A program made the position numbers and the translations under genes. The notes beneath the pieces are model-generated. The model was not told where the DNA came from. It searched no databases and saw nothing but the letters and a program-made list of their open reading frames with translations. A stretch of DNA of 64,000 nt, taken from the NCBI RefSeq assembly GCF_009914755.1, contig NC_060947.1. One strand, given 5' to 3'. This DNA comes from the human T2T-CHM13v2.0 reference genome, Homo sapiens. Below are positions 49,536-61,680 of the stretch, one piece after another. How positions within the stretch are numbered: position 1 is the stretch's first letter; each line of letters opens with the position of its first letter.

Positions 49536-52418
49536 AGCTCTTAGTTTCTTGTTTGTTTCCAGAAACTTCCTGATGATGTTTGTATTGTGTTAACGCCTTT
49601 GGTCAATGCCACCACTTGAGTGGAGTAAATATTAAAAATTCTCTTTCTAATTGCTATATTGTTTCATAAAGGTGTTTCACTTTTTATGCCTGGCTTGCAT
49701 TTCAGTAATTGTCTGGTCTGCTTTTTTTGACAATGAATAATTTGTTTCTTTCTCCAGGATGCCAAGAGATTGGCTTGGAATTGGATATTAAGACCAGCTC
49801 TGGCACAACAAATGAAAGGCCTTCAACTGCTGCTTGTGACGAACTCTAACAAAGGTAAGATAATATGCAGCAAAATTACTTGCCTCTTTGAGCTGGCAAA
49901 GAATATAATTAAAATAAAGAACTGACATCTTATGTGACAGAGTCTGAGTAGGAAGCATAGCATTTATCACCTCCTGTTCACTAGCTTTTCTTTGGGGGAA
50001 AAAAAGTCAGCAAGATTTTATCTGGGATGACGCCTACTCACCTGGCTTGGCTTAAGCTTAAAAAAAAACATGAAAATGGTGGGTATGAAATAACCTGTCA
50101 GATATACAATTTGGCCATATTATGGCTTAAACACTAAAACCAGATTTTATTTTCCCAGAAAAGGATTGATTAGTAAATCTGTACTACATATTGAAAACTA
50201 ATAAGAGTGCAAACACCATTAAAGAAAATGGGGCATGGATTGCTGTCAATGCCTAAGTGTGTGGAGAGATAACAATCTCTGTTCTTCAGGATTACATTAG
50301 GAAAGTCCTGAGGGATAAAACTCAATTTGTATACAGATTCTTAGGACCAAACCTATTGCATGAAGCAGCATATATATGAATAATAAAGTAGGTTATACAG
50401 GGATTTTACTGTGTTTACCTTAGAGTGAATATTTTTATCTCCTATAATTATTCCTGAAGGGAAACCTCCTGAAAACATTGACCTGACTCTCCACAGAGGA
50501 GTAAGAATTAAATCTGCTGAACTCCAGAGTCTTGCTGAAGAATTCATCCAGGCCCTCAAATCTAGGCCTCAGCTGAGACCACAGCATCCTTTCTTTCCTA
50601 AATACAGTCTCTGAGTGGGAGGTTCTCAATGTAGTACTGACGTAGGTGTGAACATTCAGTGTTTAAAGTCATGGGAAGCAACTTAAATTAAATTGCCTTG
50701 AATTTTTTTAAGCTTTGAAATTTCTATTTTGGACTTTTAGAAAAAGAGGGGTGGGGACAGAGAAAGAGAAACAGCTTGTTCACTGGTTAGCTTTTTGTCC
50801 ACCTGCCTCCCCTAACCCCAACTCTCTGGGAATCAACAATCGTTTTATTGGCACTAACAGAAGTCTGTCAATACTGGAGAAAATGTAGTTTTTTGTGTGT
50901 GCTTTTTGTATTGGTGACTATAGAGAAGAAACCTCTTATCAGTAAGGTCTTCTTTTATACCAAGTAGAGTCACAGCCATTATCAAGAGAAACTATATTTA
51001 CAAGGCCATGTTCCCTTGCAAGCTTGCTTGTACAATCTGCTCCTGAATGTCCCATCTGGCATGGATTGAAGAAATTCAAGACATGGGCTTACTTAAAGCA
51101 ATGCATTTTTTTTCAATCAGAGATTCACATCCAGAGGAATGAAAGATTTTACTCTTATTTCGAATAAGCTTCCAGAATTCCTTTATTTAAGTTATTGATC
51201 TGAATTGATTTTGATGTCCAGAAAAGCAGCAACAAATATGTCTAATCTAAAGAAGAATGGTTCTGAGCTGAAACCATCAAGCTATCTGCAAATAATATTT
51301 TTTCAAAACGTTGTTTGCCAAACCTCAAGCTTATATGGATTTACTTTATGTCTTGATTCTCCTAGTTGTTTTAGTTTACATTGATCAGTGGATGAGATTG
51401 GGTCTGTCTCCTCAAGTATATCTATAACATTCATTTGAAAAGTGAACAGCAGCAGTACTTGTGTCTGGCAAGTAGTGGGTGCTAAGTGAATATTTGTTGA
51501 ATGAAAGAACACTTTAGAACATCTTAGTAGCATTATGCAGTTTTTCAAGTGCTGCAACAATCATTTTATTTAATTCTCACAACTAGATAGGAAAGAAACT
51601 GAAGCACTGTTTCTGTATCTCTGACTAAAGTCTCCCATCTTGGAAGTGGCAGAGTTAGGATTTAAACTCAGAGTATATACATGGAAGGCCATATCTTGAC
51701 TCTACCAGTCATGGAGGCATGGAATGCAAGGCACTTTTGGGGAAAAACAACTAGTTCAGTTTGATGGCAACTTAGAGCATGTTATATAGGGGAATAATAG
51801 GTGACTATTCTGAGATAGTGATTTTTGGCCATCTTGAAGAGGGCCTTGAATGGCAGGCTAATGTGTTTAGACTCTACCGCAAAGTCAGTGAAGAACCATT
51901 TAAACTTTTTGAGCAAGGGATTAGTGTTGTCCTTTAGGCAGATTCTCTTTTGCTATAATGTATTGGAGGAGGGTAAGAATGGCAGCTCGAAGAGTTCTTT
52001 TTTTTCTCAGAAACAGGAAAAAAGAGAAGTTGAGACATAAAGAGGGTTTGAAGTAGAGAGAAGGGAAATTGGGATGCTGTGTTTGAAGGGATTGACCTTT
52101 AGTTTCAAGGTATAATTGAAACTTGAAGTAAGGGGAAACAGGGTAGGATTGAAGATTTGTGAGGGTGCTTTAGAACCTCTCATTTGAGCAGAAAATAAAA
52201 GGGCTTCTATAGAGCAGTTAAGGCTTCCCTAACACTAGATAGCATAAATTGTGGTGAATCCAACTGACAAAGCGTTGAGCCTTTTGGTAGTACAGTTTTC
52301 CCACACTGGGAAAGTGGGAAAACCAGAAAACACAGAGATAAAAGGGATAAAGCATTATACATATGGGGGTTTTGCACCTAAGATATGCTGAATTAAAGTT
52401 GTTGACTAAAAATTGGGG

Positions 52419-52714
<296 letters not shown>

Positions 52715-53649
52715 TTGGGTGACAAGGCAGAAGAATTGGAAAGGACGAGAGGCTTGAAAGTAGTCATGAAGAGAGTAAAGCTCAGGCTGATTATGTGTGA
52801 GAATGTAGGAAAGGGAATTGTAGAGCCAGAGGAGGGAATTTGAGAGTTTGGGTTCTTAGAGTCTTTGAGAAGTGAAAATTTCAGAAGTATAGTGAATGAG
52901 TAAAATGCAATGGAGATGGAGGTCATTGGGGTTTAGGGAATCAGTGTAATAGAGACCAGGATAATAGAAGGGTCATCAAGAATGGTGACCTCACTGAGGA
53001 GAGTATAAAGCAAAGGGCCAGAGAAGAAATATAGTGAAGCTTAATTTAGATAAAAAGTCTTTACTGAGACAAAAGACACAATCAAATTGAATGTCCTCAT
53101 TTGTGACTATTCATCTATCTCCCTGCTCTACCCCACCCTGCTCTCACCTTTCATTGCCAGATTACAGATCCTTTATGAACAAAAATTTACTCTTCAGCAA
53201 GTTCTTTTAAAATAATAGGAAAGCCTGTTTGCTATCTATAGGACAGAAGAAAACTCCTCTTTTCATGAATGAATTTTTTGAAAGATTGAATAGAACAAGG
53301 TCTAAACAGTGCATTAATGAAATTCTTGGCAGGAAGGAAATTGAGAGGTATGGCCTGCAGGTGTGTAGCTAGAGTAAGCACAAGGATAGGTAAGACAGCA
53401 AACTGGATTGGAACAGACTCAGGAAGATTTTGCCGAGAAAATGCCAATGGTTATTTCTTATAGTAAATGTATACTTGCTTAAAATTCATTAGAAAGAAAA
53501 TAATAGAATTGCAGGAAAGTCATAGATAATATGCCCAGCATGACTAGATAAAGCTCCAAAGCCTAGACAATGATTCTACTACAAATTAAAGCAGGGTGTG
53601 GTCCTTTGCTTTCCAGCAGGACTTTTACGGATATTGATGCCAATTTCCA

Positions 53650-55560
53650 TAATGCCAAGTCTATTCCCCTTAAGTCCTGATTTCCTCATCCCCTGCTTTC
53701 CCTGTCTCCCCAACACATCCATTCTTATCTGGCTTTGCTGCCATAGAAAAGAAATCATATGACATTAGCTTCTTTAGCTTTCCTCCACTTCACCTTATAT
53801 TTTCTCTGCATCCTTACTCACCTTCAAGTTTTTTCCTCCCTTCCACCTCAGAGAAAGTTTCCCTCTCACTAACTGAGCTAAGGCTCACCCCTCCTATGTG
53901 CCCTTGTTACCTCTCCTCAAGGCTCCTCTAAATTCATCATCAAGATCCTCATTCCAGAACAATCCATCTATCCCTCTGCCATATCACTCCTTTCATCCCA
54001 TTGAAGTAAGTCTCAAGTATTCTATTTCCAATAACCCTATTTTCTGTCCACCCATTTACTTCCCAACTCCTTGTTACCTAAAACCTTGAACACATTGCTA
54101 CAATCACCTTCTAGGATGTTACCTCTAAACTGCTCTTTTTTTTTTTTTTTAAGAGAGAGTCTTGCTGTGTCGCCCAGGCTGGAATGCAGTGGCGTGTTCT
54201 CGGCTCACTTCAACCTCTGCCTTCCCAGGTTCAAGCGATTCTCATGCCTCAGCCTCCCAAGCAGCTGGGACTACAGGTGCGCACCACCAAGCCTGGCTAA
54301 TATATTTTTATTTTTAGTAGAGACACGATTTCTCCATGTTGGCCAGGCTGGTCTCGAACTCCTGGCCTCAAGTGATCCCTCTGCCTCTGCCTCCCAAAGT
54401 ACTGGGATTACAGGCATGAGCCACCACACCTGGCCTAAACATCTCTTTATTAGGAAGCACAGTTTCTCTGCATCTTCATTTCCCTTGACTCATTCTCAAA
54501 ACTTTCTTCCTTTGGCTTACAAGACTCTATCCTCTCCTGATTTTCCTCCTCCTACTCAGGCCATCTATTTGCTATACCTCTTTTTCTACTCCTTCCTAAA
54601 TACAGATATCCTGAAAAAATATGGTGTTTGCCTTCTCTCTTTTATCTATATCTTTCTTCCCATCTTATTTAACACTTCACCTTTGCTCTTGCCTTGATGG
54701 AGATTTTCAAAATGTATAGCTTCAGCCTTGGCCTCTTTTATGAGTTTTACTTCCATATTTCCAACTGTCTCCTGGACACATCCATCTGAATGTCTCCCCT
54801 GTATCCCAAATCAATGCTCTGAGTCCAAAGGTGAACCAAGCCTTCCACTCTTTGGGAAGCTCTACTGATGCCTCAACCAACCCCCCAGATGATCAGTCTT
54901 GAAACTTCTGAGTTTTCTCTGGCATCTTTTTCTCCCGTACCCCAACATGTTAGTTCTGCTTTCTAAGTTTTTGTTGCATTCATTCCCTTATTTTTATTCT
55001 CATCATTACTATCCAAGCCCACATTCTATTTATTGCTAACCCAGGCTAGGGAAAAGCCACCTCTGTTGTCTCTCTGGCCTCCAGAATCTCTCTGCTCCCA
55101 CCAGTTAATGCACTTCACTTTGACCAATATTCTGGAAACACAACTATCATAACACTGGAAAATTAAAAAAAAAACCCTTCATTTTTTCATATATAAAGTT
55201 CAAGCTTCTTAGTCTGATATCCAAGATCTTTTAAAAATTTGACTCCATCTTACATTTCAAATGTAATGACAGCTCTTTAGATATATGCTATTCTCCAGAC
55301 AAATAGAATCATTTGCCATTCACATTCTAGTCTTCCTGACTTCTGGTCTTTTGCTCTTGCAGAGCTTATCCTTTGCCAATATTTCTACACATCCAAATCC
55401 TACCTATTCTTCAAAACTCATCTCAAATATTGTTTACTTAATGATACTTTCCTGATCACCCAGCTGGTAATAATGTCTCTCTTTTCTGAACATTCATAAA
55501 ATTGTAATTACAGCATACACCACCTTTTATATTTTAGTATATTTATTTGAGTGCATGTCT
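53650..55560 (+). mobile_element. L2 fragments, interrupted by an Alu
   Basis: ccatatttccaactgtctcctggacacatccatctgaatgtc; aaatcctacctattcttcaaaactcatctcaaat. Confidence 0.65.
54136..54435 (-). mobile_element. AluS, antisense
   Basis: Full dimer. Imperfect TSD taaactgctcttt / taaacatctcttt. Confidence 0.95.
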
Positions 55561-55764
55561 TATCTGAATTGTTTGAATTGCCCACAGTTTTACTCACAAC
55601 AAATTCTAATTAATTATGTGATAAGTATATTAATGTAAAATACACACTAATCAATGATTAAATAGATCAGCATCAAAGGGAATTTGGGAATGAAGAGATG
55701 GCAGGCATGGGAGGATAGACATAAATATATCCTAAAAATTTGAGTTTGTATCCCTAATGCAACT

Positions 55765-56680
55765 TTTTAAATAGAAATAGCGTTATTGAAATATAACTAA
55801 TATACAATAGAATTCAGTGGATTTTCGTATATTCACAGGGTTCTGGAACCATCACTATAATTTTAGAACATTTTCTTCCCATAGAAGAAACCCCATACCA
55901 ATTAGAAGTCAATCCCCATTCTCTTCCTGCCTCTCACCTTAGCCCTGAGTAGCCACCAATTTACTTTCTATTTTTATAAATTTGCCTGTTGTAGACATTT
56001 CATAGACATGGAATCGTACAATATGTGGTCTTATGTGATTTCACTTAGCATTGTGTTTTAAAAGCTCATCTATGTTACAGCATGTATCAGTATATCATTC
56101 CTTTTTATTGCTGAATAATATTCCACTGTATGGATACACCACATGTTATTTATCCATTCATCAGCTGATGCATATTCAGGTTGTTTCCCCTTTTGAGTTA
56201 TTATGAATAATGCTGCTATGAATATTCATGTACAAGTTTTTGTATGAATGCATATTTTCATTTCTCTTGAGTGTATACCTAGAAGTGAAATGGCTAGGTC
56301 ATATGGCAACTCTGTTTAATATTTTGAGAAACAAGACCATTTTCCAAAGCAGCTTCACCATCTTACATTTCCACCAGCAATGTATAGGGTTTCCAATTTT
56401 TCCACTTTCTCACCAACACTTTTTTCCATCTTTTTTATTGTAGATATCCTAATAGATATGAAGTCATTGTGGTTTTGATTCGTATTTCTCTGATGACTAG
56501 TAGTGTTGGGCATCTCTTCCTGTGCTTATTGGCCACTTGTATATCTTCTTTAAAGAAATGTCTGTCCAAATAATTTTCCCTTTTTAAGTTGGATTATATG
56601 TGGTTTTACTATTGAATTGTGAGGGTTCTTTATGTTTTCTGAATACAAGTCTATTATCAGACAATGATTTGTAAATGTGA
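55765..56680 (-). mobile_element. L1MB-like 3' end, antisense
   Basis: gtagacatttcatagacatggaatcgtacaatatgtgg; tttatccattcatcagctgatg. Confidence 0.85.
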
Positions 56681-56847
56681 TACAACTTTGATAATACAGC
56701 TGAATCTGCGATAGATGCCTTTTTTGTGAAGATATTAAAGATAAAGTGAAGATATTTCTGAAAAGGAAAATAAATGAAATCACTGAGATGTATTAAGGCA
56801 GAAATAGAAGAAAAGACTTAAGGATCTAAATCAGTGCATACAATAAC

Positions 56848-57112
56848 GAGGAGGAGGAGGAGGAGAAGAAGAAGGAGAAGAAGAAGAAGAAAGAAGAAGA
56901 GGAAGAAGAAGAAGAAGAGAAGAAGAAGAAGAAGGAGAAGAAGAAGAAGAAAGAAGAAGAGGAAGAGGAAGAAGAAGAAGAAGAAGAAGAAGAAGAAGCA
57001 AGAAGAAGAGGAAGAAGAAGAAGAAGAAAAGGAGAAGAAGAAGAAGAAGAAGAAAGAGAAGAAGAAAAAGAAAAAGGAGGAGGAGGAAGAGAAAGAACAA
57101 GAGGAGGAAGAA
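56848..57112. repeat. (GAA/GAG)n polypurine tract
   Basis: About 265 bp of G/A with two C interruptions. Confidence 0.98.
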
Positions 57113-57277
57113 TTCTTCCAAATGGCCACGAACTATTTAATAATAATCTGAAACACTATTGTTGAAGAATAATTTTCAGAGTGGTTATATTTAGGAGAAT
57201 AAAATTAAGTAAAGTTTGTATGAATAGAAAGATTAAGTGAAATTATAGAATTATTACATAGTAGTATAAATTCCTTT

Positions 57278-57283
<6 letters not shown>

Positions 57284-57320
<37 letters not shown>
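57284..57320. repeat. (CA)n microsatellite
   Basis: About 18 CA units. Confidence 0.98.
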
Positions 57321-57322
<2 letters not shown>

Positions 57323-58364
57323 AATTGGAGCAAAATTCTGGGTGAGTTCATGGTTCAATCCTGACTTGCAATGGAAACCAAAATGAATATTAATAACCGA
57401 GACTTGAAGGTTATATTACACCCTGTTTAAAACTAGAGACTAACTCTGCTCAAAATAAGTTGATGTTTGGCTGCTTAAAACTGCAACCAACATCTTATAC
57501 TTTTAAAAACAGTGAAGAATTTTCATATAAATTTTATGATTTAGCTCTATTTAGTAGGAGTCCAGATGAAAATCATTTCTTGCTTAGTTTGAATTTCACT
57601 TCAGTTTTGGCATCTGATTCAATCTGAAGAATGTTAGCCTGAAGTCAGAAAAGTCTTAATTGCTTTTGTAAAAATTGAGACAATTTTGACAGAATAAGCC
57701 CTCATCTCTTTGGCAACTGATAATTGGAAACCAGAAGTATTTTTCACATTGTGGTGAGGACTGTTTCCAAAATTCTATTTCCAGAGACTAAAGATAAGAC
57801 AAATTGGGGGAAGTGTGGTTAGGTGGTGTGTTTTGTTTTTATTTGTATTTGGAGTCAGGCCAACTGATTTCTCACACTTACATATCAAAAATATTGGAGC
57901 ATTTTTTTTATTGATAAGGGGTAAGCTTCCTTGACACTGAAGTTAGAATGACACGATAGTGGCAAACATACTTTTGGTCTAGTAGACAGTGAAAATCAGT
58001 AAAAAAGGAAATATAGCATTTAAGGAGCAGATGGCAGTGCTTTCAAAACTTTTTGAGCTTTTTCTTTGCTTTTTTTCAAACTCTTGTAATATAACCAATT
58101 ACAATTACTAAAATCAGATGGTATAATGATGGTGAGCACTGTAGCACCTAGCAGAGTGATTGGATCAATGTGTAGGGTGATGCTAATGGATCAATGTGTA
58201 AGGTGATGCTTAACCCATTAGTTAAGACTGGATAAATGGGTATTACAGTTAATGACAACCTTTAAATCACATTATCCTGACTAATCCTATTTTGACCACT
58301 CTATCATGTGTCTCTACTTACTTATCTCTGAAAGGTATCTATGAACAAACATGCCATCAGATTT

Positions 58365-59810
58365 TTAAAAACATTTTATTTTGAACTAATTTTAGATTTA
58401 CATACAAGTTACAAAAATAGTGTAGAGTGTTCCCATATACTCTTTACCCAGCTTTCTCTAATTAACGTCCTATAAGACCATGGTACAATTATCAAAACCA
58501 AGAAGCTAACACTGGTATAATACAATTAACTAAACTGCAGACCTCACTAAAGTTTCATTAGTTTTTTCACTATTTTTTTCTAGTCTAGGATTTAAACTGG
58601 GATCCCACATATCATTAAAATTCGCATGTCTCCTTAGTCTCTTCCAATCTGTGACTATTCATCAATCTTTCTTTGTTTTTTATGACCTTGACACTTTTCT
58701 TTTATTATTATACTTTAAGTTTTAGAGTACATGTGCACAATGTGCAGGTTAGTTACATATGTATATATGTGCCATGCTGGTGTGCTGCACCCATTAACTC
58801 GTCATTTAGCATTAGGTATATCTCCTAATGCTATCCCTCCCCCCTCCCCCCACCCCACAACAGGCCCCAGAGTGTGATGTTCCCCTTTCTGTGTCTATGT
58901 GTTCTCATTGTTCAATTCCCATCTATGAGTGAGAACATGCAGTGTTTGGTTTTTTGTCCTTGCGATAGTTTACTGAGAATGATGATTTCCAATTTCATCC
59001 ATGTCCCTACAAAGGACATGGGCTCATCAATTTTTATGGCTGCATAGTATTCCATGGTGTATATGTGCCACATTTTCTTAATCCAGTCTATCGTTGTTGG
59101 ACATTTGGGTTGGTTCCAAGTCTTTGCTATTGTGAATAGTGCCGCAATAAACATACGTGTGCATGTGTCTTTATAGCAGCATGATTTATAATCCTTTGGG
59201 TATATACCCAGTAATGGGATGGCTGGGTCAAATGGTATTTCTAGTTCTAGATCCCTGAGGAATCGCCACACTGTCTTCCACAATGGTTGAACTAGTTTAC
59301 ACTCCCACCAACAGTGTAAAAGTGTTCCTATTTCTCCACATCCTCTCCAGCACCTGTTGTTTCCTGACTTTTTAATGATTGCCATTCTAACTGGTGTGAG
59401 ATGGTATCTCATTGTGGTTTTGATTTGCATTTCTCTGATGGCCAGTGATGATGAGCATTTTTTCATGTGTCTTTTGGCTGCATAAATGTGTTCTTTTGAG
59501 AACTGTCTGTTCATATCCTTTGCCCACTTTTTGATGTTGAAGAGTACTTGTCAGTTATTTTGTAGAATGTCAACTAACGCGTGTCAGATGCTTTCTCATA
59601 ATTAGATTGAGGTTAGCATGTTTGGCAAGAATGCCACAGAAGTGATGTTGTGTCCTTCTCAATGTATCTTATCAAAAGGTTTGTGGTATCAATTTGTCCC
59701 ACTACTGGTAATGTTAACCTTGATCACTTGGTTAAGGTGGTTTCTGTTGGGTTTCTCTACTATAAAGTTGCCATCATTCCATTTGTTCTTAATAAATATC
59801 TTGAAGGACT
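58365..59810 (-). mobile_element. Old L1MC-like 3' end, antisense, split by an L1PA3
   Basis: atgaccttgacactttt | gaagagtacttgtcagttattttgtagaatg reads as continuous host sequence across the insert. Confidence 0.75.
58696..59536 (-). mobile_element. 5'-truncated L1PA3-like element, antisense
   Basis: Open 200-aa ORF2 C-terminus (58912-59514, CWRGC...HCWWEC) and 3'UTR gccatgctggtgtgctgcacccattaactcg. Confidence 0.92.
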
Positions 59811-61479
59811 ATGATTTCAAAGGGCATAGTGGGGCAAGATTGCTCATATGTTTTCAAATGACTGGGCAACCCTGAAGGCTAGGAAGACTAGTAATATGAC
59901 TTAGAATACAGATAAATTTGTTTGGGAGAAAGAAGGACTTCCTCTGCAGGAAAATTTTCTTTATTCCATCTTCTCTCCCCATTTTCCACTACCCTTTACT
60001 GCTAATACATTTATTCCAGAAAATAGAGAACTTCCTCCCATATTCAACCCCTTTTTGGGGAAATGGCAGTCTTCTGCTTTATTCTGGTTCTACTGATATA
60101 CATTTCACATATGGCATCAGATAAAAGCTCTTAGGAGTCCTTTGGGTTAGAGATTTTCATTGTTTCTATTTCTTATTCATCATTTTCTGAGTAGCATAAT
60201 TTCTTCTCCTATGTGTGTAGAAGCTTTGCAGGAAGTAATCAATTTTTTATTTTTAGATTATATATAAATCTGATCTTAATTAATTATCACAATATTAGTC
60301 ATACTGACCAAATTTTAAAGTTCTCTTGCAATAAAAACAGTGGAATGGCGTAATTTATCCAAGTTCTACTTTCTAAGTTGATTTTCAGTGTCATTGATAT
60401 CCTGTTACTTATCCTCCTCAACTAATTTGTTTATTCCTTTGTTTGCACTTACTCTATTGGTTGAGTACATACTAAGTAAAAGGCACTGCACTAAATAATT
60501 CAGAATGTAGACAGAGGGTAAGAGACAGTGTCCTCAAGAAATTTTCTATTTACTATTCTAGTAGCATAAAAAATTATAGTACGCTATTATATTATGGTTA
60601 TTGAGGATTCTCTGTTTCTAACGTATGTATATAACTTCAAAAGAGAGAACGCTATGGGTTCCACCCTTCCATCTAATCTTCAAATTCCTTGGAAATAAAA
60701 GTGATGAGATATTCTTTCATGTAAATGAATCTTTGAGACTAAAAGCAAAGAATTGTATAAGAAGACAGAATAGATTGCTAAGAGATCTCTTCCATTTCCA
60801 TTTTCCCAAAGAAGTCAGGCTGTCAATGGACACACTGATATGCCATTAGAATAATCAGAGAGACCTTGTCTGGGAAAGCTCAGTATTTCCTCACAAAGTC
60901 TCCAAGCATCATGCAAGGACCAGCTTGGAAAAGACACTGGGTTACTCCCTTGTTAGTGAAGTACCTAGAGAGAGCCTGGGATTGAATGGATCTAGTATGA
61001 CAGCACAAAACGAGAGGCACTAAGCAAGATGGACAGATACATGGATCAATAACCAACCGTTTGTTCACAGGCATGTCTTTCCTGCTAGACCATGAGTTCC
61101 TTGAAGGAGGGAACATGTCTTCAGCAGCATTATAACCCTAGTACTTGGCACCAGGCCAGACCTGAAGAGAGGGTTCAGGGAAGGTTTGTCCTATGAATGG
61201 GCAGCTTCAAATCTTTGTTAACCTCTGGGGGATTCTTACATATACCACTGTGGACCCAGTGCTTATCCGCGTTATTTGCATTTGAGTCATATGCTTTCCA
61301 AAGTCCCATGCTATGCATGGATGTGAGTGGGTTGCTCTTGGCTTTCCAAAACAATCCATTTCATCTCCTAGGACTCAAACCAAGTAAAGTATAACTGAAC
61401 CCTCAAGTCATATAACTTGATCCCTTTGGACCAAGGACAGACATTTCTGACCCACTGAAGATAGAGACATAACCTGTTA

Positions 61480-61680
61480 GTACACCAGTATCATCCTGTG
61501 TTTTCTCATTTACAGAATTAATCATTTTTGCAATTCTTTCCTTAATGTCTATGTTTCCTGAGAGAATGTCAGCTTTCTGAGAACCAAGATCTATAGAGTG
61601 TCTTATTTACTGCCATTCCTAGCACATGTAACCTAGCACAGAAGAGACATTTAATAACCATTGTATCAATGGGTGAACAA
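61480..61680 (+). mobile_element. L2 3' end
   Basis: gtcttatttactgccattcctagcacatgtaacctagcacagaagagacatttaataa. Confidence 0.6.

Noticed and set aside
54071-54697. 208-aa ORF
   Set aside because: It is an antisense Alu plus pyrimidine-rich L2 flanks.
56818-57151. Poly-R/K/E and poly-L/F/S ORFs
   Set aside because: They are artefacts of the stop-free GAA tract.
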